A stretch of DNA of 64,000 nt from an uncultured delta proteobacterium (GTDB lineage: Bacteria > Myxococcota > Myxococcia > Myxococcales > Anaeromyxobacteraceae): positions 32,001 to 96,000 of the forward strand of contig CAVYBH010000017.1 of assembly GCA_963766715.1 (NCBI GenBank). Direction: 5' to 3'. The notes beneath the pieces are model-generated. The model had not been told where the DNA came from, searched no databases, and saw only the letters and a program-made list of their open reading frames with translations. How positions within the stretch are numbered: position 1 is the first letter of the stretch; each line of letters opens with the position of its first letter. The translations under genes were made by a program, and so were the position numbers. This document shows positions 54,122 through 63,822 of the stretch, piece by piece.

Positions 54122-55279
54122 TCTCCGAGAAGCCACGTCTCCACCCTCTCCCCTTCCGGCACGTCGCCGGCCCCCTCGCCGATGCGGACGAGCGCCTGCG
54201 CGAGCGCGGGGCCCCGCACCTGGGCGGCGTCCCGTCCGATGGGGCGCACCCGGCCGTCCGGCAGGAGGGAAGCCCAGAGGAAGCGCGCCCGCCCCGGGCG
54301 CCCCTCGCACCCCTCGGCGAGCGGGAGCCAGGCCACCGGCCGGAAGATCCGGGTCGCCCCGGCCAGCCGGAGGATGGCGGGCCGGGCGAAGACCTCGAAC
54401 GACGACCAGGCAGGCCGAGGGACTTCCGGGGAGGCCGAAGACGGGCTTCCCTCCCAGGAAGGCGAACAGGAACGGCTTGCCCGGCTTCATGGGGACGCCG
54501 TGCACGCGCACGTCCGCTCCCAGGTCCTGGAGCGCGCCCGCCACCAGGTCCTTCTGCCCCACCGAGACTCCACCGATGGTGACCACGGCGTCGGCGCCGG
54601 CCGCCGCGTCCGCGAGCGCGGCCCGGATCTCCGCGGCGTCGTCGGCCACCGCCCCCCGCCGGACCGCGACGCCGGCCTCGAGGAGGAGGCCGGCCAGCGC
54701 AGCGCCGTTCGAGTCGGCGGTTCGCCCGCGGAGCACCTCGTCGCCGGTGGAGAGGAGCGCGATGCGCGGCCGCCTGTGGACCTCCAGGTCCCGGCAGCCC
54801 ACCGCCTCGAGAAGCGCCCGCTGGCGGGGTCCGATCCTCACGCCGGCGGGGAGCGCCTCCCCTCCCTCGGGCACGTCCTCGCCCGCGAGGCGGACGTTCT
54901 CTCCCCGGCGCGTCGCGTGCCGGAAGAACACGCGATCGCCCCGCACCTCGGTCGACTCCTCCCGCACCACGGCGTCCGCCCCGGACGGAAGCGGCGCGCC
55001 GGTGAAGATCCGGACCGCCTCGCCGGCCCGGATGGCGGGGCCCGGGTCGTCGCCGGCGAAGACCGTCCGTCCCACGACGAGCTCGCCTGGACCAGGCAGG
55101 TCGGCCTGACGCACCGCGTAACCATCCATCGCCGAGCAATCGAAAGGGGGTGCGGCCCGGGTGGCCAGGGCCGGCCGCGCCAGCACGCGCGACGCAGCCT
55201 GCCCGACGACGATCGCCTCCGCTTCGAGCGGATTGATCGCTTCGATCACTTTGAGTCGAAAGGGCTCGAGCCGGTCCAC
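54118..55279 (-). CDS. moeA: Molybdopterin molybdotransferase, frameshift near 54400
   Basis: SAMDGYA, IFTGAPLP, STGDE, GGVSVG, MKPGKP, LPGSP. Confidence 0.9.
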
Positions 55280-55323
55280 GTGCGGATGATGCCATCGCGG
55301 GCCTGCCGGTGTCTGGCGATTTC

Positions 55324-55376
55324 CGCAACCCTTGCGCAGGTCGGGACTTGATCCGGGGCAATGCGCAGAGTCTGCG
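55324..55376. promoter_or_regulatory. Paired CGCA-N5-TGCGC boxes (putative NmpR-type enhancer) flanking an FNR-like box
   Basis: CGCAACCCTTGCGC at 55324-55337 (+); CGCAGACTCTGCGC at 55363-55376 (-); TTGATCCGGGGCAA at 55348-55361. Confidence 0.6.
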
Positions 55377-55444
55377 GCAAAACCCCGGAAAAACCCGGGC
55401 CTAACTCGTGCATCTAGACGGAGGTCAATCGAGGAGACACCCAA

Positions 55445-56101
55445 ATGATCACGACTGCGCCGGTCACCGACTGTACGTCCTGTTCCCTGGGCATCGCCTC
55501 GGGTGGACGCTGCCGATTCACCCCGTCGACCCGCGAGGCCGGCGCGAGCCTGTGCGCCCAGGGTGAACGTCCGCGGACCGTGTACTTCGTGAAGGAAGGG
55601 TTCGTCGCCCTCTCCGCGGTGAGCCCCAAGGGCTCCGAGCTGGTCCTCACGCTCCGCGGCCCGACCTCCCTGCTCTGCACCGAGGCGATGAGCAACGAGC
55701 CCTCCGCCTACGAGGTTCGCGCCCTCTCGCGCGTGAAGCTCTGCGGCATCGCCGGGGACGCGATGACGCAGTGGGTGGGACCGGAGCGGAGCCCCGGCCG
55801 CGTGGTCCTCGACCTCATGCTCGCCGAGTCGCGCATGGCGCGCGACGAGGTGAACTTCCGCCAGGGCGACTGCATGTCCCGGGTGGCGCGGTTCGCCCTC
55901 GCCCACGCCAAGTTCCTCGCCGATCGCCCCAACGCCGTGCGCAAGCAGGTGGTGGCGAGGCTGCTCGGCATGCGCCCCGAGACCCTCTCCCGCTGCCTGA
56001 CCCGCCTGGAGCAGGACGGCGTGCTCGACGCGTCGCGGGGCGTGAAGGTGATCGACCAGCGCCGGCTCGCCGCCATCGCCATGGAGGACGTGGCCGCCTG
56101 A
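55445..56101 (+). CDS. Crp/Fnr-family regulator with N-terminal Cys cluster
   Basis: CTSC-x9-C, cNMP-like domain (QGE..TVYFVKEG), HTH LLGMRPETLSR. Confidence 0.88.
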   Translation: MITTAPVTDCTSCSLGIASGGRCRFTPSTREAGASLCAQGERPRTVYFVKEGFVALSAVSPKGSELVLTLRGPTSLLCTEAMSNEPSAYEVRALSRVKLCGIAGDAMTQWVGPERSPGRVVLDLMLAESRMARDEVNFRQGDCMSRVARFALAHAKFLADRPNAVRKQVVARLLGMRPETLSRCLTRLEQDGVLDASRGVKVIDQRRLAAIAMEDVAA

Positions 56102-56119
56102 TCGCGGTATGATCCCGTC

Positions 56120-56306
56120 ATGCTCGGACTCGGATTCGGCGAGCTGCTCCTCATCGCCGTCGTGGTGCTCCTGATCTTCGGCGCGAACAAGCTGCCCCAG
56201 CTCGGCCAGGGGCTGGGCGAAAGCGTGAAGAGCTTCCGCAAGGCCTTCAAGGAGGTGCGCAGCGACGGCACCTCCGGCAAGCCGCCGGCGCCTCCCCGCC
56301 GCGTAG
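56120..56306 (+). CDS. tatA: Twin-arginine translocase TatA (stop restored by assuming one indel near 56295)
   Basis: GFGELLLI..VLLIFGANKLPQLGQGLGESVKSFRK. Confidence 0.88.
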
Positions 56307-56316
56307 GGCGCTCGCC

Positions 56317-57429
56317 TCAGCGTCCGGCCATCAACCGCCCCACCCACTCGGTGAACCGGGCCACGAGCCGGCCGAAGGCGTCGGCGATCCGGCGCACCCA
56401 GCCGCCGCGCAGGGCTTCCTCGCGCGGCACCAGCCGAGCGAGCGCGGCGCGCCCCTCGAACCAGCGCAGGGCCGCTCCCGCGGTGACGGGGTCGTCGATC
56501 TCCACCATCGACTCCAGGTTGGCGAGCGAGTACGGGTCGAGATTGAAGCTGCCGACGAGGACCTTCTCCCGGTCCACGATGGCCACCTTGGCGTGGTGCA
56601 CCGACCGGGTCCACTCCCGGATCTCCACGCCCGACTCGACGAGCTTCCGGTAGAGCCGCCTGGTGCCCGCTCGGATGATGGGAATGTCGCTGCGTCCCGC
56701 CAGCAGGAGCGTGACCTTCACGCCGCGCCGGGCGGCGGCCGTGATCGACCGGACGAAGCGGCGGTCGGGAAGGAAGTAGGAGTGCGCGGCCAGGATCTCG
56801 GAGCGGGCCCCACCGAAGGACCGGCGGTAGATGTTTCGCAGGCGCCCTCCCCCGCCGACGCCGGACAGGTGGATCTGGACCGGACCCGGGGGACGGGGCG
56901 GGCGCTCTCCTCGGAGCCTGGCCTCGAGCCACGCCGCAGCGGGGCCGCGGATCTCGACGGCGAGGTCCATCCAGTCGGGCGCCTCGTCCGCCAGGTCGGG
57001 CGCACGTCCCGGCCCGATCTGCCCGTACTCGTCGGCGATGTTGATCCCGCCGAGGAAGGCCACCTCTCCGTCCACGAGGAGGATCTTCCGGTGGTTGCGA
57101 CGGAAGCGTCCGGTGAAGAGCGCGGAGAGCGGATGGTAGATGATGACCTCCGCCCCGTCCGGCTCCAGCATCGACTGCAGCCAGCGCCCGTCGAGCGCCG
57201 AGCCCCACCCGTCGAGGATCACGCGGACCCGGACGCCCCGGAGAGCGGCCTCGGAGAGGGCGCGGCGGAACGCGTCACCCACGCCCTCCCGGTCGAGGTG
57301 GTAGACCTCGAGGTGGACCGACTGCCGCGCGGCGCGAATGGCCCGCAACATTCGCGGGAAGGCCTCGCGTCCTCCGTCGAGGAGCGTGACCGACTCTCCC
57401 GCCAGAACCCTCGCGGCGCTGCGTTCCAT
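56317..57429 (-). CDS. Cardiolipin synthase B-like phospholipase D
   Basis: Two HKD motifs: HRKILLVD and HAKVAIVD..GSFN. Confidence 0.9.
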   Translation of the reverse strand: MERSAARVLAGESVTLLDGGREAFPRMLRAIRAARQSVHLEVYHLDREGVGDAFRRALSEAALRGVRVRVILDGWGSALDGRWLQSMLEPDGAEVIIYHPLSALFTGRFRRNHRKILLVDGEVAFLGGINIADEYGQIGPGRAPDLADEAPDWMDLAVEIRGPAAAWLEARLRGERPPRPPGPVQIHLSGVGGGGRLRNIYRRSFGGARSEILAAHSYFLPDRRFVRSITAAARRGVKVTLLLAGRSDIPIIRAGTRRLYRKLVESGVEIREWTRSVHHAKVAIVDREKVLVGSFNLDPYSLANLESMVEIDDPVTAGAALRWFEGRAALARLVPREEALRGGWVRRIADAFGRLVARFTEWVGRLMAGR

Positions 57430-57572
57430 CCACTTTAGGTTACTCCTTCGCGGGAGCCCGCCGCGCTCCCATCGAGGGCGCACCCTCCCCGCCCCGGGGG
57501 CGCACGGGGGGCCCGGAATGGGTCGCTCCTCGCTCCGGGGTGCGGGCGTACAATGATCGACGGGGGTGAGCC

Positions 57573-57995
57573 ATGAAGCGGATCCTGGTGGCCATCGACG
57601 GGTCGGGGCCTTCGACCCGCGGAGCGCGGCTGGCGGCGGACATCGCGGTCCGGTTCGGCGCCCGTCTCACCCTCGCCTACGTGGTGCCCCGGCTGCTGCT
57701 CCCGCCCGACGTCTACGGCCTCACCGTCGAGGAGGTCGAGCGGGAGCAACGGGCCCATGCGGAGAAGGTCCTCCACACCGCGCTCGCCGAGCTCGGCGGA
57801 ACCGGCGTCGAGATCGACACGAAGGTGATGTCGGGGCCACCTGCCGAGACCCTCGCCGAGGCCGCCGGGCAGGCGGACGTCGACCTGGTGGTGGCCGGAA
57901 GCCGTGGCCAGGGCGCCGTGGCGCGCGCGCTCCTCGGGAGCGTCTCGGACCGCCTCGTCCACCTCTGCCCGAAGCCCATCCTCGTCGTCCACTGA
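57573..57995 (+). CDS. Universal stress protein
   Basis: ILVAIDGS, VVAGSRG..LLGSVS..P. Confidence 0.95.
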   Translation: MKRILVAIDGSGPSTRGARLAADIAVRFGARLTLAYVVPRLLLPPDVYGLTVEEVEREQRAHAEKVLHTALAELGGTGVEIDTKVMSGPPAETLAEAAGQADVDLVVAGSRGQGAVARALLGSVSDRLVHLCPKPILVVH

Positions 57996-58055
57996 CGACG
58001 CCGGCGGCTGGCGCGCTTGATCCCTGACCCGGGGGGGCCTAGATCTGCCGCCTCC

Positions 58056-59195
58056 ATGGGCGAGTCCCTCCTCGACGAGCTGAAGCGGTACGTGGGCTTC
58101 GGGCCGGCCCACGAGGCGGCCCTCCGCGAGCTCTGCACCGTGGCCTCCCCCCACTTCCCCGCGATCGCCGACACGTTCTACGCGCGCATCCTCGACCACG
58201 CCGAGGCGCGCCGGGCGCTCACGGGCGGCGAGAGCCGCGTCGGCCACCTCAAGGTGACGCTGGTGCGCTGGATGGGCGAGTCGCTGGGCGGCCCCTGGGA
58301 CGAGGCCTGGTGGGAGTCGCACTGCCGCATCGGACGCGTCCACGTCCGCATCGACCTGCCCCAGCACTACATGTTCGGGGCCATGAACGTGATCCGGGAG
58401 GAGCTCGACCGCGTGATCGAGCGGACCTGGCCCGGCGACGAGCCGCGGTGCGCGCGGGCGCGGGGCGCCCTCGGGAAGGTGCTGGATCTGGAGCTGGCCA
58501 TCATGCTCCACACCTATCGCGAGGACCTGCTCGCCAAGGCCTCCCGCTCGGAGCGGCTCGCCACGTTCGGGCAGCTGGTCGGCTCGATCGGCCACGAGCT
58601 GCGCAACCCGCTCGGCGTGATCGAGAGCTCCCTCTTCCTCCTGCGGGGCCGGGTGAACGACGACGAGCGCGTGAAGAAGCACCTCGATCGCATCGGCGAT
58701 CAGGTCCGCCTCTCCAGCGACATCATCTCCGGCCTCCTCGACATGGTCCGCGACCGGCCGCTGCCGGTGGACCGCGTCGCCCTGTCCGCGCTGGCAGGCG
58801 CCGCGGCGGAATCGGTTCCGCGCCCCGAGGGGGTGAGCCTGACCGTCGACGCCACCGGAGGGCTCGAGGTGCTCGGCGACGCCACCCAGCTCCGGCAGGC
58901 CCTCGTGAACCTCGTCCTGAACGCGGTCCAGGCCGTTTCGCCGCGCGGCGACGTCCGGGTGGCGGCGCGGCGGGAGGCTGCGGTGGTCGTCGTCGACGTC
59001 GAGGACACCGGCCCCGGCGTGGCCGAGTCGGTGCGCGACAGGCTCTTCGAGCCGCTCATCACCACCAAGGACCACGGGAGCGGCCTCGGCCTCGCGCTGG
59101 TGAAGCGCGTGGCCGAGCGGCACGGCGGCTCCGTGGGCCACGAGCCCCGCCCCGGCGGCGGCGCCCGCTTCTCCCTCCGCCTCCCGGCCGCCTGA
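58056..59195 (+). CDS. nmpU: Globin-coupled (protoglobin-domain) O2-sensor histidine kinase, AfGcHK/NmpU type
   Basis: ELKRYVGF, distal FY, proximal IGRVHVRI, H-box [19 protein letters not shown]. Confidence 0.9.
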   Translation: MGESLLDELKRYVGFGPAHEAALRELCTVASPHFPAIADTFYARILDHAEARRALTGGESRVGHLKVTLVRWMGESLGGPWDEAWWESHCRIGRVHVRIDLPQHYMFGAMNVIREELDRVIERTWPGDEPRCARARGALGKVLDLELAIMLHTYREDLLAKASRSERLATFGQLVGSIGHELRNPLGVIESSLFLLRGRVNDDERVKKHLDRIGDQVRLSSDIISGLLDMVRDRPLPVDRVALSALAGAAAESVPRPEGVSLTVDATGGLEVLGDATQLRQALVNLVLNAVQAVSPRGDVRVAARREAAVVVVDVEDTGPGVAESVRDRLFEPLITTKDHGSGLGLALVKRVAERHGGSVGHEPRPGGGARFSLRLPAA

Positions 59196-59200
59196 CCGCC

Positions 59201-59908
59201 ATGCGCCGCTACCTCTTCGTCGACGACAACCGGGAGTTCGCCGAGAACCTCGTCGAGATCGTGGGGGACTGCGGCGCCGATTGCGAGATGGCCGGCGGCG
59301 GCGCCGAGGCCATCGAGAAGGTGCGGCGGACGCGATTCGACGCCATCGTCACCGACATGCGCATGCCCGGCATGGGGGGCGCCGCCGTGGTCCACGAGGT
59401 CCGGCGCGTCGACCCGGGACTGCCCGCGGTGGTGCTGACCGCCCACGCCGGCGACGCCGACCTGGATTCGGCCCGCCGGGAAGGGCTCCTCGCCGTGCTC
59501 GCCAAGCCGGCGCCCATCGAGCGCCTGCTCGCGCTGCTCGGGGCGGCCCGGCGGGACGGGCTGCTCGCGGTGCTCGAGGACGACGCCTCGCTGCTCGACA
59601 ACCTCACCGAGGCGCTCCGGCAGCGAGGCTTCGCCGCCGTGACGGCCTCGTCGGTGCTCGACACCGAGAGGCTCGGCCCCGTCCGTCCGTTCGCCGCACT
59701 GGTCGACCTGCGCCTGCCGGGAGGGCCGGACGGCGAGGCGGTCCGCCGCCTCGAGGCCCGCTTCCCCGGGATCCCGCTCCTGGCGGTCACCGCCCATCCC
59801 TCCACGGCGCCGGCCCACTGCCGGGCCCTCTTCCAGAAGCCCTTCGACACCGCGGCGCTCCTCGCGGCCGTGGAGCGGCTCCACGAGGAAAGGATCCACT
59901 CTCCGTGA
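59201..59908 (+). CDS. nmpT: Tandem receiver-domain response regulator, NmpT type
   Basis: Two REC domains (VDDN..TDMRMP and LEDD..VDLRLP); no output domain. Confidence 0.85.
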   Translation: MRRYLFVDDNREFAENLVEIVGDCGADCEMAGGGAEAIEKVRRTRFDAIVTDMRMPGMGGAAVVHEVRRVDPGLPAVVLTAHAGDADLDSARREGLLAVLAKPAPIERLLALLGAARRDGLLAVLEDDASLLDNLTEALRQRGFAAVTASSVLDTERLGPVRPFAALVDLRLPGGPDGEAVRRLEARFPGIPLLAVTAHPSTAPAHCRALFQKPFDTAALLAAVERLHEERIHSP

Positions 59909-61011
59909 TTCCACATGCTCCCGCCCGCCGTCCCCGCGTCCTGGTGGTGGACGACAACGCGGCGCTGGCCGAGAACCTGCGCGACATCCTCCAGGAGGCC
60001 GGCTTCGCGGTCCGGGCGGCCGGCACCTGCGCCGAGGCCCACCTGGTCGCCCGCGCCGGCTTCGACGTGGCGCTCGTCGATCTCGGCCTGCCCGACGGCA
60101 ACGGAACCGAGCTGGCGCAGGAGCTGAAGGACGCGTCGCCGGACAGCGAGGTGGTGCTCCTCACCGGCCACGCCACCATGGAGTCGGCGCTCGACGCGGT
60201 CCGGGCCGGCGCCTGCGCCTACCTCCAGAAGCCGGTCAACCCGCCCGAGCTCCTCATGACGCTCGAGACGGCGATGCGCCACGTCCGGCTCCATTCGGAG
60301 AAGCGCGAGCTGGCGCGGCGCGCCGCCATGGCCGAGAAGCTCGCGGCGGTCGGCACCATGACCGCGGGGCTCTCGCACGAGATCCGCAACCCGCTGAACG
60401 CCGCGGCGCTGCAGCTCGTGGTGCTGGAGCGCCGGGTCGGGAAGCTCCCGGCGTCGGAGCAGGGACCGCTGCTGGCCCCGCTCCACCTGGTCCGGGACGA
60501 GATCCGCCGCCTCGACCACATCCTCGAGGACTTCCTGCAGTTCGCGCGTCCCCGGGAGTTCTACCCGAAGCCGGTGGAGGTGCTCCCCGTCCTCGACCGG
60601 GTCCTCACGCTGCTCGGCGGGCCGGCGGAGAAGCGGCACGTCCAGGTGATCCGCGACTTCGAGGTGGTCCCCCCGGTGGCCGGCGACGAGGAGCGGCTGC
60701 AGCAGGTGGTCATGAACCTGGGGCTCAACGCCATCGACGCGGTCCCCGACGGCTCCTGGGTCCGGGTCTCCTGCCGCATCGGGGAGGATCCCGAGCAGGT
60801 GGAGATCCTCATCGACGACGCCGGCCGGGGCGTCCCGGTGGAGATCCGGGAGCGGATCTTCGAGCCCTTCTTCACCACCAAGGCGGAGGGCTCGGGGCTC
60901 GGGCTGCCCATCGTCCACGCCATCGTGACCCAGCACGGCGGGACCATCACGGTGGAGGACGCGCCGGAGGGAGGCGCGCGCTTCGCGCTGCGGATCCCGC
61001 GGGCCCGCTGA
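59905..61011 (+). CDS. nmpS: Hybrid receiver-histidine kinase, NmpS type
   Basis: REC (VDLGLPDG), AGLSHEIRNPL, NAIDA, FEPFFTTK, GSGLGL. Confidence 0.85.
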   Translation: MIPHAPARRPRVLVVDDNAALAENLRDILQEAGFAVRAAGTCAEAHLVARAGFDVALVDLGLPDGNGTELAQELKDASPDSEVVLLTGHATMESALDAVRAGACAYLQKPVNPPELLMTLETAMRHVRLHSEKRELARRAAMAEKLAAVGTMTAGLSHEIRNPLNAAALQLVVLERRVGKLPASEQGPLLAPLHLVRDEIRRLDHILEDFLQFARPREFYPKPVEVLPVLDRVLTLLGGPAEKRHVQVIRDFEVVPPVAGDEERLQQVVMNLGLNAIDAVPDGSWVRVSCRIGEDPEQVEILIDDAGRGVPVEIRERIFEPFFTTKAEGSGLGLPIVHAIVTQHGGTITVEDAPEGGARFALRIPRAR

Positions 61012-61032
61012 GGCCTCGCGAGCCCCGCCCCG

Positions 61033-62484
61033 TCAGGAGCCGGTGGGCTCCTCGGAGAGGTCGTCGCCGCCGCGGTCCCCGGTGATCCCGGAGGCGTACT
61101 CCTTCAGGCGGTACTGGATCTTCCGCACGCTGATGCCGAGGATCTCGGCCGCGCGGGAGGTCGATCCTCCCACCATCTCGAGCGTCCGGAGGATGGCCTC
61201 GCGCTCGATCTCGTAGAGGGTCGCGCCGGGGATGAGTGCACCCGGGGTGCGTTCCCGCGGGCGAGGGCCGCGCAGCGTGGGCGGCAGGTCGTCGGCCGTC
61301 AGCTCGAGCCCCTTGGCGAGCACGACCGCGCGCTCCACCACGTTCTCCAGCTCGCGGACGTTCCCCGGCCAGTCGTGCGCCAGGAGCGCGTTCAGCGTCC
61401 CGGGCGCCAGCCCGCGGATCTCCTTGGCGTACGCCTTGCCGTACTTCTCGACGAAGTGGCTGACCAGCGCCGGGATGTCCCCCTTGCGCTGCCGGAGCGG
61501 CGGCAGCGTCACCGCCACGACGTTGAGCCGGTAGTAGAGGTCCTCGCGGAACTTGCCGCCCTTCACCTCGGCGGCCAGGTCCCGGTTGGTGGCGGCCACG
61601 AGCCGCACGTCGACCTTGATGGTCGAGACCCCGCCCACCCGCTCGAACTCCTTCTGCTGGAGGACGCGCAGGAGCTTGATCTGCAGGGCGGGAGAGATGT
61701 CGCCGATCTCGTCGAGGAAGAGGGTTCCCCCGTCGGCCAGCTCGAAGCGCCCTTCCTTGCGGCCGATGGCGCCGGTGAAGGAGCCCTTCTCGTGGCCGAA
61801 GAGCTCGCTCTCCAGCAGGGTCTCGGAGAGGGCCGCGCAGTTCACCTTGATGAAGGGGCGATCGCGCCGGGGCGACTCCTCGTGGAGGGCCTGGGCGATG
61901 AGCTCCTTGCCGGTTCCCGATTCGCCCAGGATGAGGACGGTGGCCCGCGTGGGTGCGGCCCGCTTCACCACCTCGTAGACGGCCTGGAGCTCCGGGGCGT
62001 CGCCGACGATGTTGTGGAAGCGGTAGCGCTCGCGCACCCGCTCGCGGAGGTTCTGCGTGTCCCGCTGCAGGCGCAGCTTCTCCAGCGCCTTCTCGAGGAC
62101 CACCAGCACGGCGTTCACGTCGAGCGGCTTGACCAGGTAGTTCTCGGCCCCGGCGCGCATGGCCTCGACGGCCGCCTCGACGCTGGCGAAGGCCGTCATC
62201 ATCACGAAGACGGCGTCCGAGCCCTGCTCCCGCGCCTTCTTCAGGAGCGTGATGCCGTCCATCTTGGGCATCCGCACGTCGGCCAGCACCGCGGCGGGCG
62301 CGAAGGACTGCATGAGCTGGAGGGCGTCCTCGCCATCGGCCGCCTCCACGAGCTCGTAGCCCTCCTCGGTGAGGATGTCCCGAAGGGCCTGGCGCGCGTT
62401 TCCTTCGTCGTCGACGACGAGGATGCGCTCCTTGGCTCCCCGAAGTGCGTTCTTGCTCACCGTCATGTATTCGACCGCCTCCAT
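61033..62484 (-). CDS. nmpR: Sigma54-dependent NtrC-family response regulator, NmpR type
   Basis: [36 protein letters not shown], Fis-type HTH; synteny with the globin kinase cluster. Confidence 0.85.
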   Translation of the reverse strand: MEAVEYMTVSKNALRGAKERILVVDDEGNARQALRDILTEEGYELVEAADGEDALQLMQSFAPAAVLADVRMPKMDGITLLKKAREQGSDAVFVMMTAFASVEAAVEAMRAGAENYLVKPLDVNAVLVVLEKALEKLRLQRDTQNLRERVRERYRFHNIVGDAPELQAVYEVVKRAAPTRATVLILGESGTGKELIAQALHEESPRRDRPFIKVNCAALSETLLESELFGHEKGSFTGAIGRKEGRFELADGGTLFLDEIGDISPALQIKLLRVLQQKEFERVGGVSTIKVDVRLVAATNRDLAAEVKGGKFREDLYYRLNVVAVTLPPLRQRKGDIPALVSHFVEKYGKAYAKEIRGLAPGTLNALLAHDWPGNVRELENVVERAVVLAKGLELTADDLPPTLRGPRPRERTPGALIPGATLYEIEREAILRTLEMVGGSTSRAAEILGISVRKIQYRLKEYASGITGDRGGDDLSEEPTGS

Positions 62485-62498
62485 GTCCCCGCCCGGCA

Positions 62499-62541
62499 GC
62501 GCAAGGGCTGCGGAGGGCCGCATGTTATGCACGCTTTGCGC
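62499..62541. promoter_or_regulatory. Paired (C/T)GCA-N5-TGCGC boxes upstream of the NtrC-type regulator
   Basis: CGCAGCCCTTGCGC at 62499-62512 (-) and TGCACGCTTTGCGC at 62528-62541 (+), 29 bp apart. Confidence 0.62.
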
Positions 62542-62661
62542 GCTGCGGTCCACCCCCAATACAACGCAAACACCCAAGTTGACGACGTTCTTCCCGGAAA
62601 ACAGGAGGAGGTGTCAGGACGAAAGCGTTGCGGTGGAGACGCCCCGAACCGGGGTGTGAGA

Positions 62662-63326
62662 TCAGGCGTTTCCGCCCAGTTCCTTCAACCGCCCGACCCT
62701 GTCGTAGGGGCGCCAGCGAAAGGTCGCGCCGAGAGCGAGCGCCTCGCGACGGCAGGCCTCCTCGTCGAGCCCGGGCATTCCCACGAAGCTCGCCTGGACC
62801 TCGGGGACGATGGCGCACCGCGGCACGGATGAAGGCGCGGGCCGCCTCCCAGGCGGCTCCCCCGTGCTGGTTGGGACAGAATCTTCGCGTAGGTCTCCGG
62901 GTCCGCGGCGTTCAGCGAGACGACGACTGCGCCTACACCCGCGGCAGCCAGCTCGGGAGTGACGTCGCGCCCCTCCCGGAGGTTGGCGAGTCCGTCGGTG
63001 TCGATGCGAACGCGACGGACGCCTCCCCGGACGAGGCGTCTCGCCACCTCGAGGAGGACGCCGAGACGGCGAGTGGGCTCGCCGAGCCCGGTGAAGACCA
63101 CTTCGGGTCGCCCCTGGATCCCGGCACGCTCCACCTGGGCCCACACCTCGTCCGCCGACGGGGCGCGCCCGAGCTGGAGGTCGTACCCACCCACCACCCA
63201 GTCGCCGTCCCGGATCTTGGGACAGAAGACGCAGGCGAGCGTGCAGGCCGAGGTCAGGTTCAGGTACAGGGCGTCGCCGAGCGCGTAGGCGTACACCGGT
63301 TCCTGCAGAGCGTGCGTCGAGGACAC
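62662..63326 (-). CDS. TatD-associated-type radical SAM protein, frameshifted near 62800-62880
   Basis: LYLNLTSACTLACVFCPK, EVVFTGLGEP, RIDTDG, VSLNA. Confidence 0.85.
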
Positions 63327-63335
63327 CCCTGGGAC

Positions 63336-63644
63336 TTAATCGTCGCCGGGTCGATGGCCACTGCACCCGAGGCAGAACCTCGCCTCCGGGATGGCGCGAA
63401 GCCGCTGCAACCCGAGCGGGCCGCCGCAGGAGGCGCACGTGCCGTAGCTGCCCTCGGCGATCCGGCCCAGGGCCGCATCGACCTCGGCGAGCTCCCGCGC
63501 GAGCTTGTCGGCGAGCAAGCCCTCGGGCATCTCGTAGTCGGGAAGGAAGGGCCCACCCACGTCATGGGGCACGAGCTGCGAACGACGCAGTGCGTTCCGC
63601 CGGTTGAGGAGGAGGGACCTCGCTTCGCTTTCGATACGGCTCAT
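63336..63644 (-). CDS. TraR/DksA C4 zinc-finger protein
   Basis: EVDAALGRIAEGSYGTCASCG..RLRAIPEARFCLGC. Confidence 0.88.
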   Translation of the reverse strand: MSRIESEARSLLLNRRNALRRSQLVPHDVGGPFLPDYEMPEGLLADKLARELAEVDAALGRIAEGSYGTCASCGGPLGLQRLRAIPEARFCLGCSGHRPGDD

Positions 63645-63689
63645 GTGGAGGACGGACTCCGCTGCGCCTCCGGGCGCAGGGCGTTCCTT

Positions 63690-63783
63690 TTCACGGGGCG
63701 TGCCGAGCGGGAAAGGCCGTGAAATCGGGGAATTCCGTTCGCACCGCTTGCGCCCACGCCGGGACCGAACGCATCCCTTGCGC
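63690..63783 (-). promoter_or_regulatory. Putative sigma54 promoter plus paired CGCA-N5-TGCGC boxes
   Basis: Minus-strand TCGGCACGCCCCGTGAA at 63690-63706; CGCACCGCTTGCGC at 63740-63753 and CGCATCCCTTGCGC at 63770-63783, 30 bp apart. Confidence 0.65.
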
Positions 63784-63822
63784 GCGCGCCGCGAACCGCC
63801 CTCCCCGCCCCCGACCTCGACG

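Noticed and set aside
56306..56653. Long C-terminal extension of TatA
   Set aside because: Overlaps the convergent phospholipase D gene; one indel restores TAG at 56304-56306.
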